DNA from: a virus
Reading direction: 5' to 3' (one strand)
DNA length: 64,000 bases
IMG/VR virus record: IMGVR_UViG_3300020125_000159
Span: 1 to 64,000 of that record
In this document: piece after piece, positions 8,513 through 17,337 of the stretch
How positions within the stretch are numbered: the stretch's first letter is position 1
How the letters are laid out: the number at the start of each line of letters is the position of its first letter
Translations under genes and position numbers: made by a program
Notes under the pieces: model-generated
Databases searched by the model: none
What the model was told of the DNA's origin: nothing
Seen by the model: only the letters and a program-made list of their open reading frames with translations

Positions 8513-8626
8513 GTTTACCCAACCTATCGCTAGCGAGGTTTCCACCACCGATGCTGTCAACGCGTGGGAGATGAGGCTCAGCTTATCAAGCCCTCTCCCA
8601 ACCACGATCTGTTGTAGACCTAGAAA

Positions 8627-9001
8627 TTGTTCAAGGCGAACCCTGGCGGCCCCTCCCACCTAAAGGCCAGGGAGAGGGTGATCAAACTCTTGGAGAGTAG
8701 AGGCTTCACAGTTGAGCCTGACGAAGTAGAATTTAATGGCTGTCTTACCGAACTTGGAGAGCGAAATTATACAGCAGATATCGTAGCGACACTGCGATTA
8801 ATCGTAGAAATTGATGGTAAAGATCATGGTTCTAGGATTCACAAACATAAGGATGAGGTAAGAGACGATTATTTTAGACACATTCAGAATGCCCCCACCA
8901 TAAGAATCGCACAAGATGTAGCGGTAGGCAAAAAGAAAATGTCTGATGCGCTACTTATGGCTGAGTTTTGTTATCAAATTTTCAGTAAGGGAGTCATATG
9001 A
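8627..9001 (+). CDS. DUF559/Vsr-like PD-(D/E)XK endonuclease
   Basis: YTADI...IVEIDGKDH...DEVRD..F...IRI. Confidence 0.8.
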   Translation: MFKANPGGPSHLKARERVIKLLESRGFTVEPDEVEFNGCLTELGERNYTADIVATLRLIVEIDGKDHGSRIHKHKDEVRDDYFRHIQNAPTIRIAQDVAVGKKKMSDALLMAEFCYQIFSKGVI

Positions 9002-9266
9002 ATTGTCGGAGTGCAGTTGTGGCAAAACTCACCGTTATATCTCACAATATAAAGATCAAAAATGTGATGCAATAGTTGGATATAAGCAAGGAAAATTAAC
9101 AATATTTGGTAGGGACCAAATAACACTGGTATGTGGTAAAAATGCAACTCATATATTTTCCACAACTAGTGCACGAATTGGCACTACTATCACAGATAGA
9201 CACTATCTTTGTGATGAACATTTCCAGAAGTTAGCAGTTGAAGAGTGGGGCATGGAGACAGTTTGA
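8946..9266 (+). CDS. Cys-rich hypothetical protein
   Basis: CSCGKTH, CGKNA, LCDEH; true start uncertain. Confidence 0.5.
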   Translation: MRYLWLSFVIKFSVRESYELSECSCGKTHRYISQYKDQKCDAIVGYKQGKLTIFGRDQITLVCGKNATHIFSTTSARIGTTITDRHYLCDEHFQKLAVEEWGMETV

Positions 9267-9412
9267 CCCACTCGCACCAGTGCAGGCAATGTGGCTGCCT
9301 AAGCGATTGCTACGACAACTACTGCACCGCTAAATTCAGTATACCTCGTTGTCGGGTAGGACAATGTAGTACTATAACGGTACCAAAGATAGTTTGGGAG
9401 CTTGCGCTATGA
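9263..9412 (+). CDS. 49-aa Cys-rich peptide
   Basis: Hand-translated; TTG start overlaps upstream stop. Confidence 0.4.
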   Translation: MTHSHQCRQCGCLSDCYDNYCTAKFSIPRCRVGQCSTITVPKIVWELAL

Positions 9413-9612
9413 CATTGGCGACGACGGCATATATGGCCAACAGCAAATACCTACACAACCAAAGATATTGTAGACGCTGCGCAAAGTGGTACGGTCCTGA
9501 AGAATGGACCAAATTCGAATCTCCCAACAAATGCAAATGTGGTAACAGGATGAGGGTCACGCCACGGGGAAAGTGTAGACAGAGAATGAATGAGTTGAGG
9601 GATTACATTTGA
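9394..9612 (+). CDS. Small Zn-ribbon protein
   Basis: YCRRC...CKCGNRMR. Confidence 0.6.
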   Translation: MGACAMTLATTAYMANSKYLHNQRYCRRCAKWYGPEEWTKFESPNKCKCGNRMRVTPRGKCRQRMNELRDYI

Positions 9613-9866
9613 CACTTCCTAGTTGTAAGGGTTGGTGTGACAGATATGGCGGCATAAGATCCTTAAAATCAATTCGCTCTACTGAAGGACGCATATCTTG
9701 TAAATATACTGGTGGGGTAAGGTACTGTCCTCGTTGTGAGAAATTCTTCCTGAAGGAAATAGCAGAACAATTTGATAGAGGAGTTTACTGTCCATGTTGT
9801 CGGACAAAGACCAGGGGTAGGGCTAGCAATGCAAGGGCGGAGGTGTTTGAACTTGTCAGTTATTGA
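9609..9866 (+). CDS. Thaumarchaeal-type Zn-ribbon protein
   Basis: CKGWC..YCPRCE.F..YCPCCR. Confidence 0.7.
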   Translation: MTLPSCKGWCDRYGGIRSLKSIRSTEGRISCKYTGGVRYCPRCEKFFLKEIAEQFDRGVYCPCCRTKTRGRASNARAEVFELVSY

Positions 9867-9954
9867 TGAGGAAGAGATAGGCTCAGAGGACCTTTACGAC
9901 TTGGATGAGGATGAGGGGGTAGAGGAGGAAGAGGGGGTTCAGGAAGATGACTAG
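9853..9954 (+). CDS. 33-aa hyper-acidic peptide
   Basis: SD GGAGGTG before TTG 9853; 18 of 33 residues are D/E. Confidence 0.5.
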   Translation: MSVIDEEEIGSEDLYDLDEDEGVEEEEGVQEDD

Positions 9955-9999
9955 CGTCGTTTCCACTCCAAACCAAGACCCTGTACCTAATAACACGAC

Positions 10000-10035
10000 A
10001 TCCATCCATCATCCATCCATCCATCCATCCATCCA
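10000..10035. repeat. (ATCC)n tetranucleotide microsatellite, about 9 units, one imperfect
   Basis: Directly visible. Confidence 0.95.
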
Positions 10036-10041
10036 AGGAAA

Positions 10042-10374
10042 ATGGTACAAATGAGGAAATACGAAGCCACCAGGGATATACATTTTACTATATCATTAGA
10101 CCAGTTGATTGAGATAGACAAATTTTGTGATAGTCATTATAAATCTTCTAGGAATGAAGGAATAAGAAAGCTCATTGAGGTTGGTTTAACTTGTATAAAT
10201 AATTGGAGTAAAATCACTAATCCCGAAGTTCTAGACCAATTACATAGCCAATTCGAAGAGGGTACCATAGTAGACGATATCCAAAAAATGCAACCTAAAC
10301 AGTTTGATGTTCTCTATTCAATATTTACAACTGAACATAAGGTTAGGTATGGAAAACAGGAGACTTTGCTTTGA
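10042..10374 (+). CDS. Ribbon-helix-helix DNA-binding protein
   Basis: IHFTISLDQLIEIDKF...SRNEGIRKLIEVGL. Confidence 0.75.
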   Translation: MVQMRKYEATRDIHFTISLDQLIEIDKFCDSHYKSSRNEGIRKLIEVGLTCINNWSKITNPEVLDQLHSQFEEGTIVDDIQKMQPKQFDVLYSIFTTEHKVRYGKQETLL

Positions 10375-10583
10375 CCGAAGAAGAAAAGCTTGCAGTCCAC
10401 CTCTCCCGACGTTCCATTGACATTGTGCTGGTCATACTAAATTTGATATCCACAACTGAAAAAGGCAAACACAAACTACTGGATAAACTCGACATAAATC
10501 AAAGTGACCTGAACGAAATAAACCAGGCCATATCTAAAGCCAAGGAAGTAGCGGACAAACATCTTGGGGAGTTGTACCGTTAA
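10371..10583 (+). CDS. Hypothetical protein
   Basis: Coupled ORF. Confidence 0.6.
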   Translation: MTEEEKLAVHLSRRSIDIVLVILNLISTTEKGKHKLLDKLDINQSDLNEINQAISKAKEVADKHLGELYR

Positions 10584-10858
10584 TGCAGGTATGTAACAAT
10601 CTATGCCACAGGTCATCAGTACCACGTGGCGACACTAGAAAGAATATCTATGAGACCAGGGTCTATTGTAGACTCTGCGAGTGTTACTTTTTGAAACCAT
10701 ATCCTTCTCACTGTGAATGCTGTACAACGTTAGTGCGACATGTGAAGGGGGGGCGGTTGAGGAAAGTGAAGTATGATTACAGTTATGGTTTTAAGAATGG
10801 TAGGTCGAGATGGATTGTAGAAGACATAAAAGCGGCTGTCGCGGCAGGGAGGCTTTAG
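10583..10858 (+). CDS. Thaumarchaeal-type Zn-ribbon protein
   Basis: CNNLC..YCRLCE..CECC..VR. Confidence 0.7.
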   Translation: MQVCNNLCHRSSVPRGDTRKNIYETRVYCRLCECYFLKPYPSHCECCTTLVRHVKGGRLRKVKYDYSYGFKNGRSRWIVEDIKAAVAAGRL

Positions 10859-10865
10859 TCATTTC

Positions 10866-10967
10866 TTATTCTTGCATCTTCACTATCGACATCTTTTCCC
10901 AACATATATAACAATATGATTCATAGTTATCTATATAATTCTCATCACATCCTGAACATTTTTTCAT
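10866..10967 (-). CDS. 33-aa Zn-finger peptide (CSGC...YCYIC)
   Basis: Hand-translated; SD GGAGGAGG. Confidence 0.55.
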   Translation of the reverse strand: MKKCSGCDENYIDNYESYCYICWEKMSIVKMQE

Positions 10968-11112
10968 TTCTTATTCTCCTCCTCCTTTTGTCATCCATCC
11001 ATTCATTTTTCCATGTCTTACAATCACATTTAACGCAAGCCATAATCATATAGTCTCGGTATATACGCAGTCCATGATCATTTGAGTCGTGAGGACAATC
11101 AGCGCATTTCAT
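10945..11112 (-). CDS. 55-aa C/H Zn-binding peptide
   Basis: CADCPH....H...CVKCDC; directly downstream of the integrase. Confidence 0.55.
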   Translation of the reverse strand: MKCADCPHDSNDHGLRIYRDYMIMACVKCDCKTWKNEWMDDKRRRRIRNEKMFRM

Positions 11113-11118
11113 TTCTTG

Positions 11119-12291
11119 TTATTCCACCTTCTTCCTCATCTGCTCCTTGAATGCTTCGAACTCCATCTTCAATAAGGCTATCTGGCTATACACTTCGGCT
11201 GACTTTTGTTGCGATATACGTAGTTCATTCAACTCTTTTTGTAGTGTTGATATCTGGTCATCTTTATCTTCTAATTTAGTCTTAACGTCCGCTCCATGTG
11301 CTTCTATTTCTTCATACGATAGATATGTTAAGTAGGGTTCGATCTTATGAAAAAATGCTAATCTTTCACGTTCCGTCTTTCTGTAGTATGTACTACCTGA
11401 ATGGCCTATGAAGCCCTCACTAAAATCTTGATATCCTAAGTCTGAAATCGTTGTCTTTACAAATCGTCTGAATGAATGGAAAGTGATTTTATGGTGCCTT
11501 CCTTTATTACTATCTCTTGCCCCATATCCTGCTCTATCTAGTGATGCGCTAAAATGTCTTGATATGGCATGATACATATATTCTATTTCGACTCCCTGGA
11601 ATTTACCACTGCTAAAAAAGTAGTCAGTATCTTTGAAAGGTCTAACTACTGGTTTATTGTAATTCATTCTTTCTCTCTCTCTATATTTCTTCCACAACAA
11701 TAACTGTCTCGTACACTCTTCAGTCAGGTAGACAGTCCTTGCAGTTTCTGTCTTTGTGTTTTCTGCTTGTAATCGAATTTTACGTTTTTCAAAGTTAATA
11801 TCACAAAGTCGTATTGAGAGTGCTTCTGATGCCCTCATACCAGTAGCGGCTAATAACAAAGCATAAGTGAATAGCCTGACAGACGATTGACATGATTGTA
11901 TGATTTTCCTTACATCTGCCTTCTCTAATGCTTCTAGTTCTGGTTTTTTCCTTTTCACATTTCGAACTCTTAATTTAAAAATTGTCCGACTGATTGTTAT
12001 GTTGTTATACTCTAGGTAGACTTTGGCAGCAATCACTCTATTATTAATGGTAGATTTCGCTAAATTTCTTGATTGTAAATCCTGTCTGTAAGCGGTAAGA
12101 GCTCCATAAACATCAAACCTTTTTGTTTCAAGTGAAACGATAAAGCTATCTAGGTCCGTGTTGTATACTCTAGTTAGAAAGGAGTTGAAGTCGTTTAATC
12201 TCTGGGCATATGCCGTTCCAGTACCAGGCGAATCACCTGATACAACCTTACAAAAGTCCTCGATAGGCTTCGATAATACCAGTCGTTGCAT
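11119..12291 (-). CDS. int: Tyrosine recombinase / integrase with C-terminal coiled coil
   Basis: TGMRASE, TKT, HSFRR, FIGH, YY catalytic motifs. Confidence 0.93.
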   Translation of the reverse strand: MQRLVLSKPIEDFCKVVSGDSPGTGTAYAQRLNDFNSFLTRVYNTDLDSFIVSLETKRFDVYGALTAYRQDLQSRNLAKSTINNRVIAAKVYLEYNNITISRTIFKLRVRNVKRKKPELEALEKADVRKIIQSCQSSVRLFTYALLLAATGMRASEALSIRLCDINFEKRKIRLQAENTKTETARTVYLTEECTRQLLLWKKYRERERMNYNKPVVRPFKDTDYFFSSGKFQGVEIEYMYHAISRHFSASLDRAGYGARDSNKGRHHKITFHSFRRFVKTTISDLGYQDFSEGFIGHSGSTYYRKTERERLAFFHKIEPYLTYLSYEEIEAHGADVKTKLEDKDDQISTLQKELNELRISQQKSAEVYSQIALLKMEFEAFKEQMRKKVE

Positions 12292-12319
12292 CCGACATTA
12301 AGATAGAAAACTGGCCTTA

Positions 12320-12373
12320 TATGTGTCTTGTTGTCACACAAAGGCAATTCTTTTAGTTATAACAAGGCACATA
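12320..12373. repeat. Imperfect inverted repeat upstream of the integrase (13-bp arms, 28-bp spacer)
   Basis: TATGTGTCTTGTT ... AACAAGGCACATA, 12 of 13 positions match. Confidence 0.7.
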
Positions 12374-12435
12374 AAACGAGGATTTTTATCTTAATCCTCT
12401 ATTGTCATTTCTTGGTTTCTGACTCGTCCAACAAT

Positions 12436-12753
12436 CTAAGTTGGTATATTAGTTAAATATCTTGATACGAGATATTTGGGATAACGATCAAGGAAAAGTC
12501 TACTAAATGAAGGATATTTTATTGCGTCCCTGATACATCTATGTAACACTTTATGACATCGTACACATAGAGTTCGAAGGTTTTCTAATGAATGTTCTCC
12601 TCCCTCTTCTATAGGAATAATATGATGTGCCTCTATATCACCTGATTTGTTTATATCTGATTTATATCCACATATACAACTCCAGTTGTCACGTTGATAT
12701 ACTGCTATTCTTATCCTAGTAGGAATAGGATAGGTTGCAACAATAGTGGTCAT
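12436..12753 (-). CDS. HNH endonuclease
   Basis: RDNWSCIC..AHHI...GG..NL.TLC..CH. Confidence 0.85.
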   Translation of the reverse strand: MTTIVATYPIPTRIRIAVYQRDNWSCICGYKSDINKSGDIEAHHIIPIEEGGEHSLENLRTLCVRCHKVLHRCIRDAIKYPSFSRLFLDRYPKYLVSRYLTNIPT

Positions 12754-12756
12754 TCC

Positions 12757-12906
12757 TTATTTAACATGCTCCTCGTGAAACCTGATTAGTCTAGCCACTA
12801 TGCTGTCATAACTTTCATGCCTACTACCAAGTTTATCTAACTTGTCCCTGGTCTTCTTCTTTAACTGAATACTAGTAACTTCCTCCAATACTTGTCGTGT
12901 CTTCAT
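12757..12906 (-). CDS. 49-aa RHH/antitoxin-like regulator
   Basis: TSIQLKKKTRDKL..LG...ESYDSIVARLI. Confidence 0.7.
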   Translation of the reverse strand: MKTRQVLEEVTSIQLKKKTRDKLDKLGSRHESYDSIVARLIRFHEEHVK

Positions 12907-12933
12907 AATGTTATATTTAATACTAGCTTGTGG

Positions 12934-12945
12934 GGTTATATAACC
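12934..12945. promoter_or_regulatory. Perfect palindrome GGTTATATAACC in a divergent promoter
   Basis: Directly visible; flanked by ACCTATA-like repeats. Confidence 0.55.
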
Positions 12946-13000
12946 TATAGCACCTATAATACCATAACCTTATAATATGGCCATACTGTTAGGAGGAGTG

Positions 13001-13108
13001 ATGTCGTGGAGAGCAAGGTTCGCCATTCTAGGGTCAATCTTTACAGGCGGTGTGTCTATCGCGGTGCTTTTTGGAGCCCCGCTTGCTGTAGAAGCAGGTC
13101 ATCAATGA
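13001..13108 (+). CDS. 35-aa signal-peptide-like ORF
   Basis: SD AGGAGGAG; MSWRARFAILGSIFTGGVSIAVLFGAPLAVEAGHQ*. Confidence 0.55.
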   Translation: MSWRARFAILGSIFTGGVSIAVLFGAPLAVEAGHQ

Positions 13109-13647
13109 TGGCGCAAACACACGCCATTTTTTTTAACAAGGGCGACATGATCTTTGGACGTAGCTTTAGCGAATGGACAGCAAAGTGGTGGCAGGCGTTC
13201 CGATACGCGAATTGGCGTCGGAATCTGGGACCTGTATTCATGATTCCTGGGGCGTGGATAGCCGAGAATGATAGTGGTATGGTTAAGGGTAATAATAAAT
13301 TCAAGATCAAACGTGACAAGGCAATCCTCTTTGCTGTAATCAATTGTATTCAGCAAGAAGAATACGTATTGCAATCAATTATGACGATGGTTAAACAAAG
13401 GATGGATGTTGTAGATGTACCAGCAATTCAATTCATGCTCGATGGAGAGCCTATGATGGATCATATATGTCGTGTGAACAGCCCTACATTCATGTTACAT
13501 GGAAATAAATGCGCTTCCGATGGGTTCTGGCTATTTTTGAGACCAAACACACTCGATCCAGGATACCATCTCATTACCTCGTATGGGACATGTAGCTCAG
13601 GAAAGACACAGATAGGAAATGACACGAACATCGAAATTATTCTGTAG
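13105..13647 (+). CDS. WxxxWW-family protein, paralogue of 13767
   Basis: FGRSFSEWTAKWW, GPVF, SDGFWLFL..L.PG.H; start reassigned to ATG 13105. Confidence 0.7.
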   Translation: MMAQTHAIFFNKGDMIFGRSFSEWTAKWWQAFRYANWRRNLGPVFMIPGAWIAENDSGMVKGNNKFKIKRDKAILFAVINCIQQEEYVLQSIMTMVKQRMDVVDVPAIQFMLDGEPMMDHICRVNSPTFMLHGNKCASDGFWLFLRPNTLDPGYHLITSYGTCSSGKTQIGNDTNIEIIL

Positions 13648-13766
13648 ATTATGCGGCTCTTGGATCCATGTCAAAAATCTGAGGGACATAACCTGGCATC
13701 TATCTAATACACATATCGTCGACCAAGAAATCCTAGTCCGTGAGGGAATCATGATGAATTCTAACC

Positions 13767-14498
13767 TTGATCAGAGCTAGTCTCATACTCCTTTGTGCCC
13801 TGGTGTTTGCTCTAGGCGCGCTTGTGGGTCTCTCTGCGGTCGGTGCATGTATTGGTGACACATGTGGTGATTCAGAGGTCTTTGTTCATGATCCTAATGA
13901 GCCTCTCGTCTTTGGTCACACATTTTCCTATTGGTCAATTCAGTGGTATAAATGGGTGATGCCATTTCCACCATCTCAATCACCTGAGCTGGATCAGACA
14001 GGTAATGCGACACAGAATTCTCAACCAGGGGGCCCAGTCTATTATTTAGCTGGGGAGCATGGTGCATTGGCTCCTGATAGAAATATAACAATGCCCGCAT
14101 ACAAGCACGTTGTCTTCCCTGTTTTGAATACACTCGTGGCGTATTTTCCAGCACAAGATGGACCCTTCTCGTTCGTCAAGGAGACGGGGTTCGCCAAGCA
14201 AGCACAGATCGAATGGGGGCCAATATTTGATAAACCTGTTATTGTAGAGGCGTCGCTAGATGGTAGACCTCTAGGCATTGTCAGGGATGTCACGCCTGTA
14301 TTTGATCTCAAGATTCCCACAGAAAACGTCTTTCATGATGAATTGAAAGGTAGTGGCGATGCACGTGCTATAAGTGCTGGATATTGGGTCTTCCTTCTAT
14401 CAGGATTTAGCGCTGGAAATCATACCCTTGTTTTTTATGGACATTCAGATAATGGATATTTTGCTGGCGCGACATACCATATTCATGCCTATAAATAG
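13767..14498 (+). CDS. Secreted WxxxWxxW-family protein
   Basis: N-terminal signal peptide; WSIQWYKW, DQTG, GPVYYLAG, GYWVFL, GNHTL. Confidence 0.8.
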   Translation: MIRASLILLCALVFALGALVGLSAVGACIGDTCGDSEVFVHDPNEPLVFGHTFSYWSIQWYKWVMPFPPSQSPELDQTGNATQNSQPGGPVYYLAGEHGALAPDRNITMPAYKHVVFPVLNTLVAYFPAQDGPFSFVKETGFAKQAQIEWGPIFDKPVIVEASLDGRPLGIVRDVTPVFDLKIPTENVFHDELKGSGDARAISAGYWVFLLSGFSAGNHTLVFYGHSDNGYFAGATYHIHAYK

Positions 14499-14781
14499 AT
14501 TTTAAAACTTCCAAGGTAGGCATTTGAGACCCACGAACTAAAGCGCAGGATTTTCGTCACCTATGGAAAACGCGCGTAATGTTAGTAATGTATATCGGAT
14601 TTATAAATACTACTAGTATCCCACTATAGCGCTAGGCTATATCTCGGGAATTTGCTGTTATTTATCCACCTCCTTCTATCTCCCCGTCTAACGAAATATA
14701 ACGGTGTTATAAATATAAGGTTTTCGTATAGATACCTTTAAGTTATATAAGTATATTAGATAGAGGTAACAAAGACGAATA

Positions 14782-15510
14782 ATGCTCGACGAAAGTGTTC
14801 TAAAACTTACATTCGGGGTTGGAATTTCTTTCTATAATGATGTAAGGGGCTTGGAAAGATGTCTTAGATCGGTATACGGCAATATTGAGTATGTTCTTTG
14901 TGTTGATGGTAGGTACAGCTACAATAAAGATTTTGAGGGACCACTATCGACAGATGGTTCGCGTGAATACATACGTAGCATTGCACATGAGTTTAAGGGT
15001 CGTGGTATCTCATTAATTGACGCGCCAGATCTGACAGAAGCAAAGAAGAGACAGGTCTATGTTGATGCCACAAAGGATTATGGAATAGACGTTCTTCTAA
15101 TTCTTGACAGTGACGAATATGTTTTCTGCGCTGATTGGTGTGCTTTTCGCCATGAATGCTATCAAGCAATGGTTGTCCGCGATCATGGTTCATGGCAGAT
15201 CTACAACATACCTTTTCGTGAACCGATGAGTCGACCGCGTCTGTGGTTCCAACCATATAAAATTGAGGTGGGACCGTGCCATTATGATTTCACTCTTAAG
15301 GACGACGTAGAATGTAGAGAAATCAATCTAGGTGGAGATATAGTTCATGAAATTGGTAACATTGTGATTTCACATAAACACGACTTACGAACTGTAGAGA
15401 GTCAGTTCGCTCGTGAGAATTGGGAAAAACAGCAGGTAAGAGAAGAGGACATTCACAGAAACGAGTTGAGAGAAAAAATGAAAGCTGAACGTAAGGCTAG
15501 ACAGACATGA
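14782..15510 (+). CDS. Glycosyltransferase, GT-A fold (GT2-like)
   Basis: FYND..LERCL.S, VDG, STDGS, LDSDE (DxD). Confidence 0.8.
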   Translation: MLDESVLKLTFGVGISFYNDVRGLERCLRSVYGNIEYVLCVDGRYSYNKDFEGPLSTDGSREYIRSIAHEFKGRGISLIDAPDLTEAKKRQVYVDATKDYGIDVLLILDSDEYVFCADWCAFRHECYQAMVVRDHGSWQIYNIPFREPMSRPRLWFQPYKIEVGPCHYDFTLKDDVECREINLGGDIVHEIGNIVISHKHDLRTVESQFARENWEKQQVREEDIHRNELREKMKAERKARQT

Positions 15511-16484
15511 ACTACCTCGTGACAGGTGGCTATGGTTTTATCGGCTCACATCTAGTCGAGAAGTTGATTGAGTCAGGCCATAACATAACAATCTTAGACA
15601 ATCTGAGCAATGGGCATTTAGAGAATCTTGCCAATATACACAACGAGACTTTCTATAGAACGACAGACGTACAAGACTGTGATAAGGTGGACTTTAGTTC
15701 TAGAGGAGAAAGAATAAAGTTCGACGGAATTTTTCATCTTGCTACTGCCCCACGATCCGCAAGTCTCACGAATCCTAAACAAGATATTGAGGTTAATTGT
15801 AAGGGCATGATCGCAGTTCTCGAGCTAGCAAGGAAACATGATGCTAAGGTCGTGTTTACAAGTAATAGTGGTATATACGGTCCTATGTCATATTATGATG
15901 ATATTGGTGTAAGTTTTCGGAATATAGGTATAAACGAATATGGACATAATGTGCCGACAACTCCTTATGATGCCGATAAACTAGTAGCCGAATATTATTG
16001 TAAGATATATCATAATGTCTATGGTGTCAGGTCCTGTGTCGTGCGATTCGCTACTGTGTATGGCGAACGTCAGACAGTGAATGAAGTATTGAACTGGCGC
16101 CCACTGGTTGCAACGTTTGTTAAGAATGTAGTGAACAATGAGGAAGTAGTGGTTAATGGTGATGGCGAACAAACCAGGGATTTAATCTATGTTAAAGATG
16201 CAGTTCAGGGAGTCATAAAGGCAATGGACAGTAATATCAATGATGCCGATATATTTTTACTGTCTACAAACACTGAGACTTCTGTTAATACTATTCTGAA
16301 GACTGTAGAAGCAATTGCTAAAAATAATGCTAAGATGATAAAATTCACAGAACCATTGAAAGGGGATATCAAAAGAATGAGGTATGACTATTCTAAGGCT
16401 AATAAAGTATTAGGATTCGAGCCACAATATAGTTTACAACAAGGGATTAGAGAAATGGTTAAACAGTTGCTGGTACAAACTTAA
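15507..16484 (+). CDS. NAD-dependent NDP-sugar epimerase/dehydratase (GalE-like SDR)
   Basis: VTGGYGFIG, YDADK (YxxxK), GDGEQTRD. Confidence 0.93.
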   Translation: MNYLVTGGYGFIGSHLVEKLIESGHNITILDNLSNGHLENLANIHNETFYRTTDVQDCDKVDFSSRGERIKFDGIFHLATAPRSASLTNPKQDIEVNCKGMIAVLELARKHDAKVVFTSNSGIYGPMSYYDDIGVSFRNIGINEYGHNVPTTPYDADKLVAEYYCKIYHNVYGVRSCVVRFATVYGERQTVNEVLNWRPLVATFVKNVVNNEEVVVNGDGEQTRDLIYVKDAVQGVIKAMDSNINDADIFLLSTNTETSVNTILKTVEAIAKNNAKMIKFTEPLKGDIKRMRYDYSKANKVLGFEPQYSLQQGIREMVKQLLVQT

Positions 16485-17337
16485 CGTAGGGATCTTTCGT
16501 TCCTACTACTAGCGGTATGTTAGGCCCATTATCTGATATTTTCATGTGCCAGAAGAAGGCAGAAAAATCACACCAGATTGGTATTCCTAACTCATGCATT
16601 TCATTACTCATTACGACATCATTGTTCATTCCTTCATGGGGTGGTAGCCCCATAATTTTATCATCAAGACTGAATGATAACTTCTCAGCAACATCTCTTC
16701 TTAGGATTGGGAACGGCTCACCCATAAATCGAACTGGTACTGGCTGTTGTTGTGACATTACTCGTTCGTATTCTTTTGAGCCAACTAGCATAGACCTGAA
16801 TATGTAGGGCCTTCTATTTCCAGTTGGTTGCATTGACACATTAAGAAAGTCTCTCTTTTCAGTATTGTCGTAATTTGCTACACCACAAACAAAACCATAA
16901 TCCTTCTCCTCGATATGTCTAAGTAATTTGTTTATGCTCTCGCTATTTACTACAAGGTCGTCACATAAAATTGCTAGGTGTGTGTATTCTTTATATTGCT
17001 CCAAGAATGCTTTGCGCATTAATCTGTTTGTCTGATGGATGGGATACCAATAATATATTAATTTGTCAAACCTAGTGAGATATCTATCTACTGCTTCATC
17101 AAACTGCTTCAGATCATGTGCTTTTTTGATTATCACAAGTAGTTTCACATGACTAGGTATTGTGATAGATGATGTATAACTTGCTGTCTTTTCAACTATA
17201 AGTAACTTCACATTGCCTTTAATATTACCGTCAAAGATTACCTGATCACCTGGACTTATCTGACTATGTGAACCATCGGAAATGCTTACTGTATAGACTT
17301 TGCCATCTATATCCATTTCTTCGAAAAATTTTATCAT
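16459..17337 (-). CDS. GT-A-like glycosyltransferase (paralogue 1)
   Basis: YTHLAILCDDL, CGVAN, ILRRDV, DVVM, H. Confidence 0.7.
   Translation of the reverse strand: MIKFFEEMDIDGKVYTVSISDGSHSQISPGDQVIFDGNIKGNVKLLIVEKTASYTSSITIPSHVKLLVIIKKAHDLKQFDEAVDRYLTRFDKLIYYWYPIHQTNRLMRKAFLEQYKEYTHLAILCDDLVVNSESINKLLRHIEEKDYGFVCGVANYDNTEKRDFLNVSMQPTGNRRPYIFRSMLVGSKEYERVMSQQQPVPVRFMGEPFPILRRDVAEKLSFSLDDKIMGLPPHEGMNNDVVMSNEMHELGIPIWCDFSAFFWHMKISDNGPNIPLVVGTKDPYVKFVPATV

Noticed and set aside
12298-12328. dif-like site (GGCCTTATAT)
   Set aside because: Left arm is not an inverted match; better explained as the integrase TATA box
14509-14568. tRNA gene
   Set aside because: Only a T-arm-like fragment; no cloverleaf could be built
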